A stretch of 64,000 nucleotides of DNA from assembly GCA_030725715.1 (NCBI GenBank), contig JANRFG010000027.1, positions 2,649-66,648 of the forward strand, written 5' to 3'. This DNA comes from Opitutales bacterium. Its GTDB lineage: Bacteria > Verrucomicrobiota > Verrucomicrobiia > Opitutales > UBA953. Below are positions 35,764 to 43,940 of the stretch, one piece after another (the stretch's first letter is position 1; each line of letters begins with the position of its first letter). The notes under the pieces are model-generated. The model was not told the origin of the DNA. It saw only the letters and a list, made by a program, of their open reading frames with translations, and ran no database searches. The translations under genes and the position numbers were made by a program.

Positions 35764-36555
35764 TCAACGCCGGCCCAGCGCCTGCAGGACGAGGTCCGTC
35801 TCGATGTCGAAGCGGACCACCAGCAGTTTGGTCTGACGCGTCAGCCGGTCGGCGCCCGGTCGGGCGGCGAAGCCGAGCGCATCGAAATCGCCTTGGCGCT
35901 CAGTGAGACGTCGCAACGCCGCTTCGGCTTCGTCGCCGGTGCGATAAGCGAAGGCGACCGTCGCGACGAGGAAGGCGCCGTCCTCGCTTTCGCCGACGGC
36001 GATCGTGGCGCTTTCGGCCGAGGTGCCGGCCTCGACGAGCGCGCGGCCGAGCCACCGCCGCCGCCCGGCGGTCTCAAGCATGGCGCCGACTTCGCCGGTG
36101 TGCACGACGAGATAGCCGTGCGGCAGGGCCGCCAACTGCGCGCGGGCCAACCCTGGCAGGGTTTTGCCGCCTTCGGGTGGTTGGCTCAAGGGCAGGCGTG
36201 CTTCCGCCGTGCCCGTGGGGACGAAACCCACTTCGATGCGCTCCGGGCGCGTGGCTCGGAGTTCATTGATGCGGGTGCGCAGGCCTTCGCGGCGCGTCGG
36301 CTCGGTCAGCTCCGCGAGCGCGCGCAGGACGCCGTCCGCGCAACGACGGTCCGCGGCTTCCGGCGGGAGGATGATCGCGACTTCGCGGCTGCGCGGATCG
36401 ACGGAGAGCCGGAGGTCTCCGGGTCTGAGCCAGCGCCACGCCAGCAGGCCGCCGACGGCGATCACGGCGAGCAACAGCAGGGCGGCAGGGCGGGGCATCT
36501 GTCTTAAATTTAACCTTCGGCGGCCGTTCGGGACAAGCGGATTGGTCCGTTTCAT
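35764..36555 (-). CDS. hypothetical membrane-anchored protein
   Basis: 263 aa (alternative start MPRPAALLL at 36498). One N-terminal TM helix; no family recognised. Confidence 0.5.
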   Translation of the reverse strand: MKRTNPLVPNGRRRLNLRQMPRPAALLLLAVIAVGGLLAWRWLRPGDLRLSVDPRSREVAIILPPEAADRRCADGVLRALAELTEPTRREGLRTRINELRATRPERIEVGFVPTGTAEARLPLSQPPEGGKTLPGLARAQLAALPHGYLVVHTGEVGAMLETAGRRRWLGRALVEAGTSAESATIAVGESEDGAFLVATVAFAYRTGDEAEAALRRLTERQGDFDALGFAARPGADRLTRQTKLLVVRFDIETDLVLQALGRR

Positions 36556-36562
36556 CCGGGCA

Positions 36563-36589
36563 CAAAAAAGGGCGCCGAAAGGCGCCCTT
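36563..36589 (-). terminator. rho-independent terminator of the RRM-protein gene
   Basis: The minus strand reads AAGGGCGCC-tttc-GGCGCCCTT followed by TTTTTGTG. Confidence 0.85.
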
Positions 36590-36612
36590 GGTAGGAGGTT
36601 TTAATCCGAGGA

Positions 36613-37062
36613 TTAGTAGCCGCCGCGATCGCCGCCGCCGAAGCCGCCGCGATTGCCGCCGCCGAAGCCGCCGCGATTGCCGCCGCCGCCGAAGCCGCCG
36701 CGAGAGCCGCCGCCGCCGAAGCCGCCACGGTCGCCGCCGCCGAAGCCGCCGCGACGTTCGCCACCACCGAAGCCGCCGGAGCGGGGACGGTCACCGCCGA
36801 AGGACGGGCGCTCTTCGCGAGGACGAGCGACGTTGACCTTCAGGGGGCGACCCATGAAGTCGATGTTTTCGGTCTTAGCGATCGCATCCTGGGCAGCCTG
36901 AGCGCTGGCCATGGTCACGAAGGCGAAGCCACGAGGACGACCCGTGAACTTGTCCATCATGACTTCCACGGAGGTCACTTCGCCAGCCTGGGAGAAGTGG
37001 GCGCGGATGTCGGATTCGGTTGCGGCCCAGGGCAAGTTGCCCACGAACAGTTTGTTTTCCAT
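36613..37062 (-). CDS. RRM-type RNA-binding protein with a Gly/Arg/Phe-rich tail
   Basis: Internal ATG at 37062 gives 149 aa. RNP2 LFVGNL, RNP1 RGFAFVTM. The C-terminal tail carries (GGFGGG[DNS]R)n repeats. Confidence 0.9.
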   Translation of the reverse strand: MENKLFVGNLPWAATESDIRAHFSQAGEVTSVEVMMDKFTGRPRGFAFVTMASAQAAQDAIAKTENIDFMGRPLKVNVARPREERPSFGGDRPRSGGFGGGERRGGFGGGDRGGFGGGGSRGGFGGGGNRGGFGGGNRGGFGGGDRGGY

Positions 37063-37313
37063 ATTATCTTTTGTTTTGCTTGGTTTACCTACACCGCATT
37101 GCCCGTTTCCGACCTTCGGATTTCGATTTGCCGTCTTAACGACCGTCAACTCACCGGATTATTGCGGGGCTTGTCTCTTACTTTGGTTATTTTCCGAGAC
37201 AAACCTGACCGCTAATGAGTTACTTTAGCGGGGCTTCGGCAAGTTTATTCACAATGGGGGTCTTTACTTAGACCTGCGTTGACTCCCCTAATCGCCTGAA
37301 AGAAGGTCTTTTC

Positions 37314-37604
37314 ATGAGCGCCGCCCTCACTCCCGAACAGATCCAAGCGGCCTTGGCCAGCTTGCCTGGATGGCAGTTGGAAGGATCTAAGTTGTTGAAG
37401 GCGTATAGGTTTAAGGATTTCAAGGCGGCCTTGGCCTTCATCAATTTGGCGGGGGCCTTCGCGGAGCAGCAGGGCCATCACCCGGAAATCCATAATGTCT
37501 GGAATCAGGTGACCCTCCGCCTCTGCACCCATGATGCAGGCAACCAGATCACCGAGAAAGATTTGACCCTCGCCCGCGCCCTCCAATCCCTGTCCCTCCC
37601 GTGA
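37314..37604 (+). CDS. 4a-hydroxytetrahydrobiopterin (pterin-4-alpha-carbinolamine) dehydratase
   Basis: 96 aa. LPGW.......L...F.F.DF..A..F...........HHPEI....N.V...L.TH is the PCD pattern. Confidence 0.85.
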   Translation: MSAALTPEQIQAALASLPGWQLEGSKLLKAYRFKDFKAALAFINLAGAFAEQQGHHPEIHNVWNQVTLRLCTHDAGNQITEKDLTLARALQSLSLP

Positions 37605-38515
37605 TCGACGATCCTGCAGAGGCTTTGGATATCCTCCTTGAGGAGCTCAAGCGCCAGAAGGCCGCCGGGGTCCGTCGCGTCAGCATCACGGCCGACTCCC
37701 TGACCGCTTTGAAGGCCCTGGCCGGCACGCCGGCCGCGCCGGCCCCCGTTAAGCCTGCCCCGGCCCCCGCTTCCATCCGTCCGGCCGTGACCCCGCCGCC
37801 GGCGCCCGCCCGCCCGGTGACCGCCGCGCCCAAGCCGGCCGTCGCCGTATCCGCCGCGCCGATCCCCGACGCGCCGATCTTCACCCTCGCCGCCGGCCCG
37901 AAGGCCGAACGCATGCAGGCCCTGCGTCAGCTCATCGACGCGTGCGGCGAGACGAAGAAGCATCTGGTCGCCCCGCAACGCCCGCTGCTCGGCCACGGCT
38001 CGCTCGATGCCAAGGTCGTGTTCGTCGGCGAAGCGCCCACCATCGTGGAGATGGAGGCCGGCCAGGCTTTCGCCGGCGAGTCCGGCGAGCTGCTCCAGAA
38101 GATCCTCGCCGCCGCGGCGATCAATCCGGCCGACTGTTATTTCGTGCCCGTCATGGTGTGGCGCCCGGAGCCCCCGACCCAGTACGGCAAGCGCCCGCCG
38201 ACCGCGCGCGAGATCGCCTTCAATCTTCCGTACCTCCGCGCGCAGATCGACGTCGTCGCCCCGCGCGCCGTCGTCGCCCTGGGCGCGCAGGCCTTCGAGG
38301 CTCTGCACGGACGGACGCCGACGATCACGCAGGCCCGCGGCCAATGGTTCGACCTCGGCGGCGTGCCGCTGCTGCCGACGTTCCATCCCAACTATCTCCT
38401 GCACACGCCCAGCGCCTCCGCCAAGCGGACGGTCTGGGAGGACTTCCTGCTCCTGATGGAGAAGCTCGGCCTGCCGATCAGCGAGAAGCAGCGCGGCTTC
38501 TTCGCGGCGAAGTAA
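37601..38515 (+). CDS. uracil-DNA glycosylase family-4-like protein with a Pro/Ala-rich N-terminal extension
   Basis: 304 aa. The GTG start overlaps the PCD stop (GTGA). VVFVGEAPTIVEMEAGQAFAGESGELLQKIL and FHPNYLL match UDG family 4 motifs, but the usual Fe-S cysteines appear to be missing. Confidence 0.6.
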   Translation: MIDDPAEALDILLEELKRQKAAGVRRVSITADSLTALKALAGTPAAPAPVKPAPAPASIRPAVTPPPAPARPVTAAPKPAVAVSAAPIPDAPIFTLAAGPKAERMQALRQLIDACGETKKHLVAPQRPLLGHGSLDAKVVFVGEAPTIVEMEAGQAFAGESGELLQKILAAAAINPADCYFVPVMVWRPEPPTQYGKRPPTAREIAFNLPYLRAQIDVVAPRAVVALGAQAFEALHGRTPTITQARGQWFDLGGVPLLPTFHPNYLLHTPSASAKRTVWEDFLLLMEKLGLPISEKQRGFFAAK

Positions 38516-38518
38516 GGC

Positions 38519-39850
38519 TCAGCGGACGGAGTCGTTCAGGCGGCTCAGCGTGAACGAAAGCACCTGCGAATTACGGCCGCTCGCCTTGAGGGACTTGCGA
38601 CGTTCGGCCGGCAGGTCCGTCAGCGCGCCCGGCACGAAGCCGCAGGCCGACTGGAAGAAGCCCTGCGTCTGCGTGGTGAGCGCGATGAGTTTCTTGGCGC
38701 CGAGTTTCTTGGCCTGACGCTTGGCGAATTCGACGAGTTTGCTGCCGACGCCGCGGCCGTGGTAGAACGGCTGCACGTAGACCGCGCCGAGCTCCATCGC
38801 CTTGCCGCCCGGGTAAGGCCGGAGGGTCGCGCAGCCGATGATGCTGTCGTCGATCTCGTAGACGTAGAAGTCGGCGAAGGACTGCTCGATCTGCTGGCGC
38901 GTGCGCGCCACGAGGGCGTCGGTCTTCGCGCCGTGCTTGGCGAGGTTGTAGAGGGCCTGGGCGTCCTTCTTCTTGGCCTGGCGGATGCGGTCGTAGTCGT
39001 TGGCATGGACCATCGTGCCGAGGCCGACCTTGTCGAAGATCTCGGTGAGGAGGCAGCCGAAGACGCGGCCGTCGAGGATGTGGGCGCGCGGGACGTCGTT
39101 GTCGAGGGCCTTGGCGGCCTGCACGGCCTTGCTGCGGATGCGCGGGTCGAGCTTCGCGTGCTTGTCCGCGAGGAGGCGCTTGAGGTCGTCCTCCGGCAGG
39201 TTGAGCTGCACGACGCCGTCCACCTGCAGCCCGCTGAAAGGCGTGAGGTAGATCAGCTTCGAGGCGCCGAGGGCGACCGCGAGCTCCATGGCGAGGTGGT
39301 CGCTGTTGACGCGCAGGGACTGGCCTTCGCGGTCGCACACGATCGGCGTGACGAGCGGGAGGATGTCCTGCGAGAGCATGGACTTCAGGATGGCGGCGTC
39401 GACCTTCTCGACCTTGCCGGTGTAGAGGTGGTCCACGCCCTTGAGGCGGCCGATCTTGGTCGAGCGGACGGCGTTGGTGATGGCGCAGCGCAGGCCGGCC
39501 TGGGAAAGGTTCTCGAGGACGGACTGCGAGACGAGCGCCGAGGCCTCGCGCGCGAGCGACATGGTCGAGACGTCGGTGGGGCCTTCGCCCTGGATGTCGG
39601 AGAGCGCGATGTTGTGTTCGCCGGCGAGGCCGACGAGCTGCTGGCCGATGCCGTGCACGAGCACGACCTTGATGGAGAGGCTGCGCAGGACCGCGATGTC
39701 GGTGACGATGTTCGCGAAGTTCTCGTGGGACACGATCGAGCCGTCGACCGCGATGACGAACACGTGGTCGCGGAACATCGGGACGTACCGGAGGATCCCC
39801 CGGAGGTCGGTCGGCTTCATGGCGCGCTCACGCTGGCTGGACATGCTCAA
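38519..39850 (-). CDS. argA: amino-acid N-acetyltransferase (N-acetylglutamate synthase; AAK + GNAT domains)
   Basis: 443 aa. N-terminal amino-acid kinase fold (FVIAVDGS...VVLVHGIGQQL) and a C-terminal GNAT domain (YVQPFYHGRGVGSKLVEFA). Confidence 0.8.
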   Translation of the reverse strand: MSMSSQRERAMKPTDLRGILRYVPMFRDHVFVIAVDGSIVSHENFANIVTDIAVLRSLSIKVVLVHGIGQQLVGLAGEHNIALSDIQGEGPTDVSTMSLAREASALVSQSVLENLSQAGLRCAITNAVRSTKIGRLKGVDHLYTGKVEKVDAAILKSMLSQDILPLVTPIVCDREGQSLRVNSDHLAMELAVALGASKLIYLTPFSGLQVDGVVQLNLPEDDLKRLLADKHAKLDPRIRSKAVQAAKALDNDVPRAHILDGRVFGCLLTEIFDKVGLGTMVHANDYDRIRQAKKKDAQALYNLAKHGAKTDALVARTRQQIEQSFADFYVYEIDDSIIGCATLRPYPGGKAMELGAVYVQPFYHGRGVGSKLVEFAKRQAKKLGAKKLIALTTQTQGFFQSACGFVPGALTDLPAERRKSLKASGRNSQVLSFTLSRLNDSVR

Positions 39851-39892
39851 TCCTTATGGACTCCCCGAGGGGCGGGGCAATACTGATGACGC

Positions 39893-40840
39893 ATGCCGAA
39901 GCCGCCCCGAGTCCGCCGTGAGACGGTGCCGCCCGACCTCCGGGAGCCGGTGGACGCCTTCCTGGCGCACCTCGCCCTGGAACGCGGCGCGGCGAAGCTC
40001 ACGACCGAGGCCTACGAGTCCGACCTCGTCCGCTTCGCCGCCCACTGCGGCCGGGCCGGCCGGACGAACTGGACGGAGGTCACGCTGACCGACGTCGACT
40101 CCTGGACGCGCGCCCTCGACCGCAAGGGCCACGCGGCCGCCTCGCTGGCCCGCCGGCTCTCGGCGGTCCGTTCCTTCTCCGCCCATCTCGTCCGCAGCGG
40201 CCTCCGTCGTGACGACTTCACCGAACTCGCCCGCGGGCCGAAGCTCCGCCGCAAACTCCCCGGCATGATCAGCGCGGAGGAAGCCGCCAAGGTGGTCTCG
40301 GCGCCCGACACGGCCACGCCGCAGGGCCTGCGCGACCGCGCGATGTTGGAGCTGATGTATGGCTCCGGCCTGCGTATCTCGGAGCTCTGCTCGTTGGAGA
40401 TCCAGGCCGTCGACGCGGAGTCGGCCCTCGTGCGCGTGACCGGCAAGGGTTCCAAGGACCGCATCGTCCCCGTCGGCGAGACGGCGCTCCTCGCGCTCCA
40501 GGTCTATCTCAAGGCCGGCCGGCCCAAGTTCGTGCGCCCCAAGACGGGCAGCGCGCTCTTCCTCAGCGCCCGCGGCGTCGCGATCTCCCGCAAGACCTTC
40601 TGGCTGGGCGTGAAGCAGGCGGCGCGACGCGCCGGCGTCTCGGTCCCGGTCAAGCCGCACCTTCTCCGTCACGCCTTTGCGACGCACCTCTTGGAAGGCG
40701 GCGCCGACCTGCGTTCGATCCAGGAGATGCTCGGCCATGCCGACATCGCCACGACGCAGATCTACACGTCGGTCGACCGGACGGCGCTGTCCGCCGCGCA
40801 CCGTCGCCACCACCCGCGCGGACGCGGGAAGGGGCGTTAG
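39893..40840 (+). CDS. xerD: tyrosine recombinase XerD
   Basis: 315 aa. FLAHLALERGAAKLTTEAYESDL, RDRAMLELMYGSGLRISEL, HLLRHAFATHLLEGGADLRSIQEMLGHADIATTQIYT. Confidence 0.85.
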   Translation: MPKPPRVRRETVPPDLREPVDAFLAHLALERGAAKLTTEAYESDLVRFAAHCGRAGRTNWTEVTLTDVDSWTRALDRKGHAAASLARRLSAVRSFSAHLVRSGLRRDDFTELARGPKLRRKLPGMISAEEAAKVVSAPDTATPQGLRDRAMLELMYGSGLRISELCSLEIQAVDAESALVRVTGKGSKDRIVPVGETALLALQVYLKAGRPKFVRPKTGSALFLSARGVAISRKTFWLGVKQAARRAGVSVPVKPHLLRHAFATHLLEGGADLRSIQEMLGHADIATTQIYTSVDRTALSAAHRRHHPRGRGKGR

Positions 40841-42366
40841 CGGCCGGCGAGCATGAACAGGCCGCCGAGCAGCGAGGCCGCGGCGAGCACGAACACGAGC
40901 ACGCGCGTGCCGAGGGGCAGTTCGAGCGGGGCCAGTTCTTCGTCGTCCTCCGTCGGGCGGACGACCGCCTCGCGCAGGATGGAGAAGTAGTAATGGATGC
41001 TGATCGCGACGCCGATGAGGGCGGCGCCGAGGACCCACCAGAGCTTGGCGGCCACGAGCAGGGCGAGGACCAGCAGCTTGGCGATGAAGCCGACGGAGGG
41101 CGGGATGCCGGCGAGCGAGCCGATGCCGAAGCCGAGGGCGCCGCCGAGGAGCGGGGAGCGACGCAGCAGGCCGCGGAGGGCGAGCTGCGGACGACGGTGG
41201 TCTTCGAGGGCCGGCAGGGCGACGAGCGCCTGGGCGGTGAGGAAGGTGCCGACGACGTAGGCGAGGAGGTAGAGGACGACGACCTGTTCGACGTCGTAAC
41301 CGAAGGCGTCGACGCCCGGGAGGACGAGGGCGGCGGTGACCGCGGCGAGGATGAAGCCGGCGTGCGAGACGCCGGAGAGGGCCAGCGTGCGCTTCACGTC
41401 GGTCGTGGCCAGCGCGCCGAGGTTGCCGGCGAGCAGGGTGAGCACGGCGCCGACCGCGAGCAGCGGAGCGACCTTGACGGCGAGCGGCGCGAACGGACCG
41501 GTGGCGAGGATGAGCAGCGTGAACGCGCCGGCGGCCTTGGAGGCCGTGCCCAGGAACGCGGTCGTCGGGGTCGGGGCGCCCTGGTAGACGTCCGGGATCC
41601 AGGCGTGGAAGGGGAAGGCGCCGAGTTTGAAGGCGACGCCGCCGAGGATGAGGGCCACGCCCGCGAGGGTGAGCGGCGAGACCGCGCCCGCGGCGGACTG
41701 GGCGGCGAGGGCCTTGCCGATCTGCGTGAAGTTGAGCGAGTCGGTCACGCCGGGGACCGCGCCGAGCGCGCCGTAGACGAGGACGATGCCCATCAGGAGG
41801 AGGGCGGAGCTGAGGCCGCCGGCGACGAGGTACTTCACGCCGGCCTCAAGCGAGGCGGCGCTGCGGCGCAGGTAACCCACGAGGACGTAGAGGCCGACGG
41901 CGGCCGTCTCGAGCGCGAGGAAGAACGTGACGAAGTGGTTCGACTGGACGAGCAGCATGAACGCGGCGGTCACGACCAGCAGCACGTGGTGGTAGTCGGC
42001 CACGGCGGCGTCGCGTTCGCGCAGGAAGCGTTCGGCGAGGAAGCTCGTCAGCAAGGCCGAGAGCAGGAAGACGGCGCGCACGCCGTCGGTCGGGAGGTTC
42101 TGACGGAGCAGGCCGGCGAACGACTCGACGTCGGCCGCCTGGGTCCACGGACCGGCGACGAGGCTCATCAGCGCGACGAGGATGAGGCCGGTGCGGGCGG
42201 TGACGGGGATGAGCGCGCGGAGGGCCTTCGGCAGCAGCATCGCCTGGAGGAGGCAGAGCAGCGAGAGGCCGGCGACGGCGATCTCAGGCAGGATGGTCAG
42301 CCAGTCGGCCGAGCGCGGGGCGAGGAGTTTGAAGGCCGGGTCGACGGCGGCGAAGAAAGGAATCAT
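40837..42366 (-). CDS. nuoN: NADH-quinone oxidoreductase subunit N
   Basis: 509 aa polytopic antiporter-like subunit, last gene of the nuoJKLMN run. Confidence 0.85.
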   Translation of the reverse strand: MIPFFAAVDPAFKLLAPRSADWLTILPEIAVAGLSLLCLLQAMLLPKALRALIPVTARTGLILVALMSLVAGPWTQAADVESFAGLLRQNLPTDGVRAVFLLSALLTSFLAERFLRERDAAVADYHHVLLVVTAAFMLLVQSNHFVTFFLALETAAVGLYVLVGYLRRSAASLEAGVKYLVAGGLSSALLLMGIVLVYGALGAVPGVTDSLNFTQIGKALAAQSAAGAVSPLTLAGVALILGGVAFKLGAFPFHAWIPDVYQGAPTPTTAFLGTASKAAGAFTLLILATGPFAPLAVKVAPLLAVGAVLTLLAGNLGALATTDVKRTLALSGVSHAGFILAAVTAALVLPGVDAFGYDVEQVVVLYLLAYVVGTFLTAQALVALPALEDHRRPQLALRGLLRRSPLLGGALGFGIGSLAGIPPSVGFIAKLLVLALLVAAKLWWVLGAALIGVAISIHYYFSILREAVVRPTEDDEELAPLELPLGTRVLVFVLAAASLLGGLFMLAGR

Positions 42367-42379
42367 CGGACGGAAAAGA

Positions 42380-43936
42380 TCAGCGCTGGGCGGGTTGGGC
42401 GGCCTTGGCGGGAGCGGCCTTGGCCGGCGCCTTGGTGTTGTGCTGCGAGTAGGTCGTGACGCCGGCCGCGACCGGGTTGACGGACTTGGTCACGAGCGAA
42501 GGGACGAAGCCGATCGTCAGCGAGGCGGCGAGGAGCACGCCGGCGGCGGCGCGCTCGGCCCAGCCGAGGTCGCCGAAGGGAGCGACGGCCCAGCGCTTCT
42601 CGAGCGCTTCGGAGGCGGGACCGAAGAACGTGGCGGCCACGGCGCGGAGGGCGTAGACGGCCGAGATCACGACGGTGGAGGCCACGATGGCCTGAAGCCA
42701 CAGGGGCTGGGCGCGCAGGGCGAGGAAGACGCCGACTTCACCCCAGAAGTTACCGAAGCCAGGGAGGCCGATGGACGCCATGGTCGCGGCGACGAAGAAC
42801 GCGGCGAGGACCGGCGTGCGCGCGGCGAGGCCGCCGAGCTCGTCGAGACGGTAGGTGCCGGCGCGGGCGCGCACGGCGTTGGCGAGGAGGAAGAGCGCGG
42901 CGCAGGAGAGGCCGTGCGCGACCATGAGGAAGGCGGCGGCGTCGAGGCCGTCGGCCTGGCCGGTCACGCCGCAGACCCAGATGCCGAGGAAGATCGGACC
43001 CATGTGGGCGACGGAACTCCAGGAGAGGAGCTGCTTGAGGTCGCGCTGCGCGAGGCAGATGAGTCCGACGAGGAGGACGTTCGCCAGGGCGAACCAGAGG
43101 AACCAGCTGCCGAGCGAGCCGCCGGCGATGTCGAGGCTGCTCAGGCCGAGCAGGATGATGCCGTAGAGTCCGAACTTCTTGAGGGCGCCGGCGTGGAGCA
43201 TCGAGACCGGGGTCGGCGCGGCGGAGTAGCCGGGAGCGGCCCAGGAATGGAACGGGAAGAGCGAGGCGAGCGTACCGAGGCCGAAGAGCACCAGCGCACC
43301 GACGGCGGCCGGGATGTGCTGCGCGTTCTGCAGGCCGAGGGCGACGTTCTCGAACGTGGCCGCGCCGTATTCGACGCCGGCGGCGTCGATGGCGATGAGG
43401 ATGCCCGCGAGGGAGGCCATGGCGCCGGCGGTCAGGTAGATCGCCATCTGCATGGCGGCCGGACGGCGGCCTTCGCCGCCCCAGAAAAGCGTGAGGATGA
43501 ACGTCGGGATGAGCGCGAACTCGTGGAAGAAATAGCAGCCGACGAGGTGGTTGGTGCCGAACACGCCGAGCGTGCCGCCGAGCATGAACAGGATCAGGCC
43601 GAGGTAGGTGTTACGCCCTTCGACCTCCTGGTTGAGGGCCTTCACGCCCGCGGCGAGGCCGACGAGCGAGGTCATCGCGAGGAGCGGCGCGCCGAGGCCG
43701 TTGAGCGCGAAGCCGAAGCCCCAGAAGCCGACGGACTGGAACTGCTGCGGCGCGGTGGCCGGGTCGCTCCACAGGACGAGCAGCCAGGGCGCGAGCACGG
43801 CCGGGATGGCGAAGCCGCCGAAGGCGAAGCCCGAGGTGAAGCCGCGGGGGAGGTCGCGGCCCGCGAGCAGGATCAGGCCGACGAGGATCGGGGCCGTGAC
43901 GGCGAGCGCGAGGAGCGAGGCAGGGAAAGTGTCCAT
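42380..43936 (-). CDS. nuoM: NADH-quinone oxidoreductase subunit M
   Basis: 518 aa antiporter-like subunit. Position and sequence style (FPFHSWAP, HMGP) fit NuoM. Confidence 0.85.
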   Translation of the reverse strand: MDTFPASLLALAVTAPILVGLILLAGRDLPRGFTSGFAFGGFAIPAVLAPWLLVLWSDPATAPQQFQSVGFWGFGFALNGLGAPLLAMTSLVGLAAGVKALNQEVEGRNTYLGLILFMLGGTLGVFGTNHLVGCYFFHEFALIPTFILTLFWGGEGRRPAAMQMAIYLTAGAMASLAGILIAIDAAGVEYGAATFENVALGLQNAQHIPAAVGALVLFGLGTLASLFPFHSWAAPGYSAAPTPVSMLHAGALKKFGLYGIILLGLSSLDIAGGSLGSWFLWFALANVLLVGLICLAQRDLKQLLSWSSVAHMGPIFLGIWVCGVTGQADGLDAAAFLMVAHGLSCAALFLLANAVRARAGTYRLDELGGLAARTPVLAAFFVAATMASIGLPGFGNFWGEVGVFLALRAQPLWLQAIVASTVVISAVYALRAVAATFFGPASEALEKRWAVAPFGDLGWAERAAAGVLLAASLTIGFVPSLVTKSVNPVAAGVTTYSQHNTKAPAKAAPAKAAQPAQR

Positions 43937-43940
43937 GAAA

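Noticed and set aside
36620-36790. Tandem GC-rich DNA repeat (gccgccgccgaagccgccgcgattgcc...) as a non-coding satellite.
   Set aside because: It lies inside the RRM-protein gene and encodes the (GGFGGGxR)n tail in frame, so it is coding low-complexity sequence rather than an intergenic repeat.
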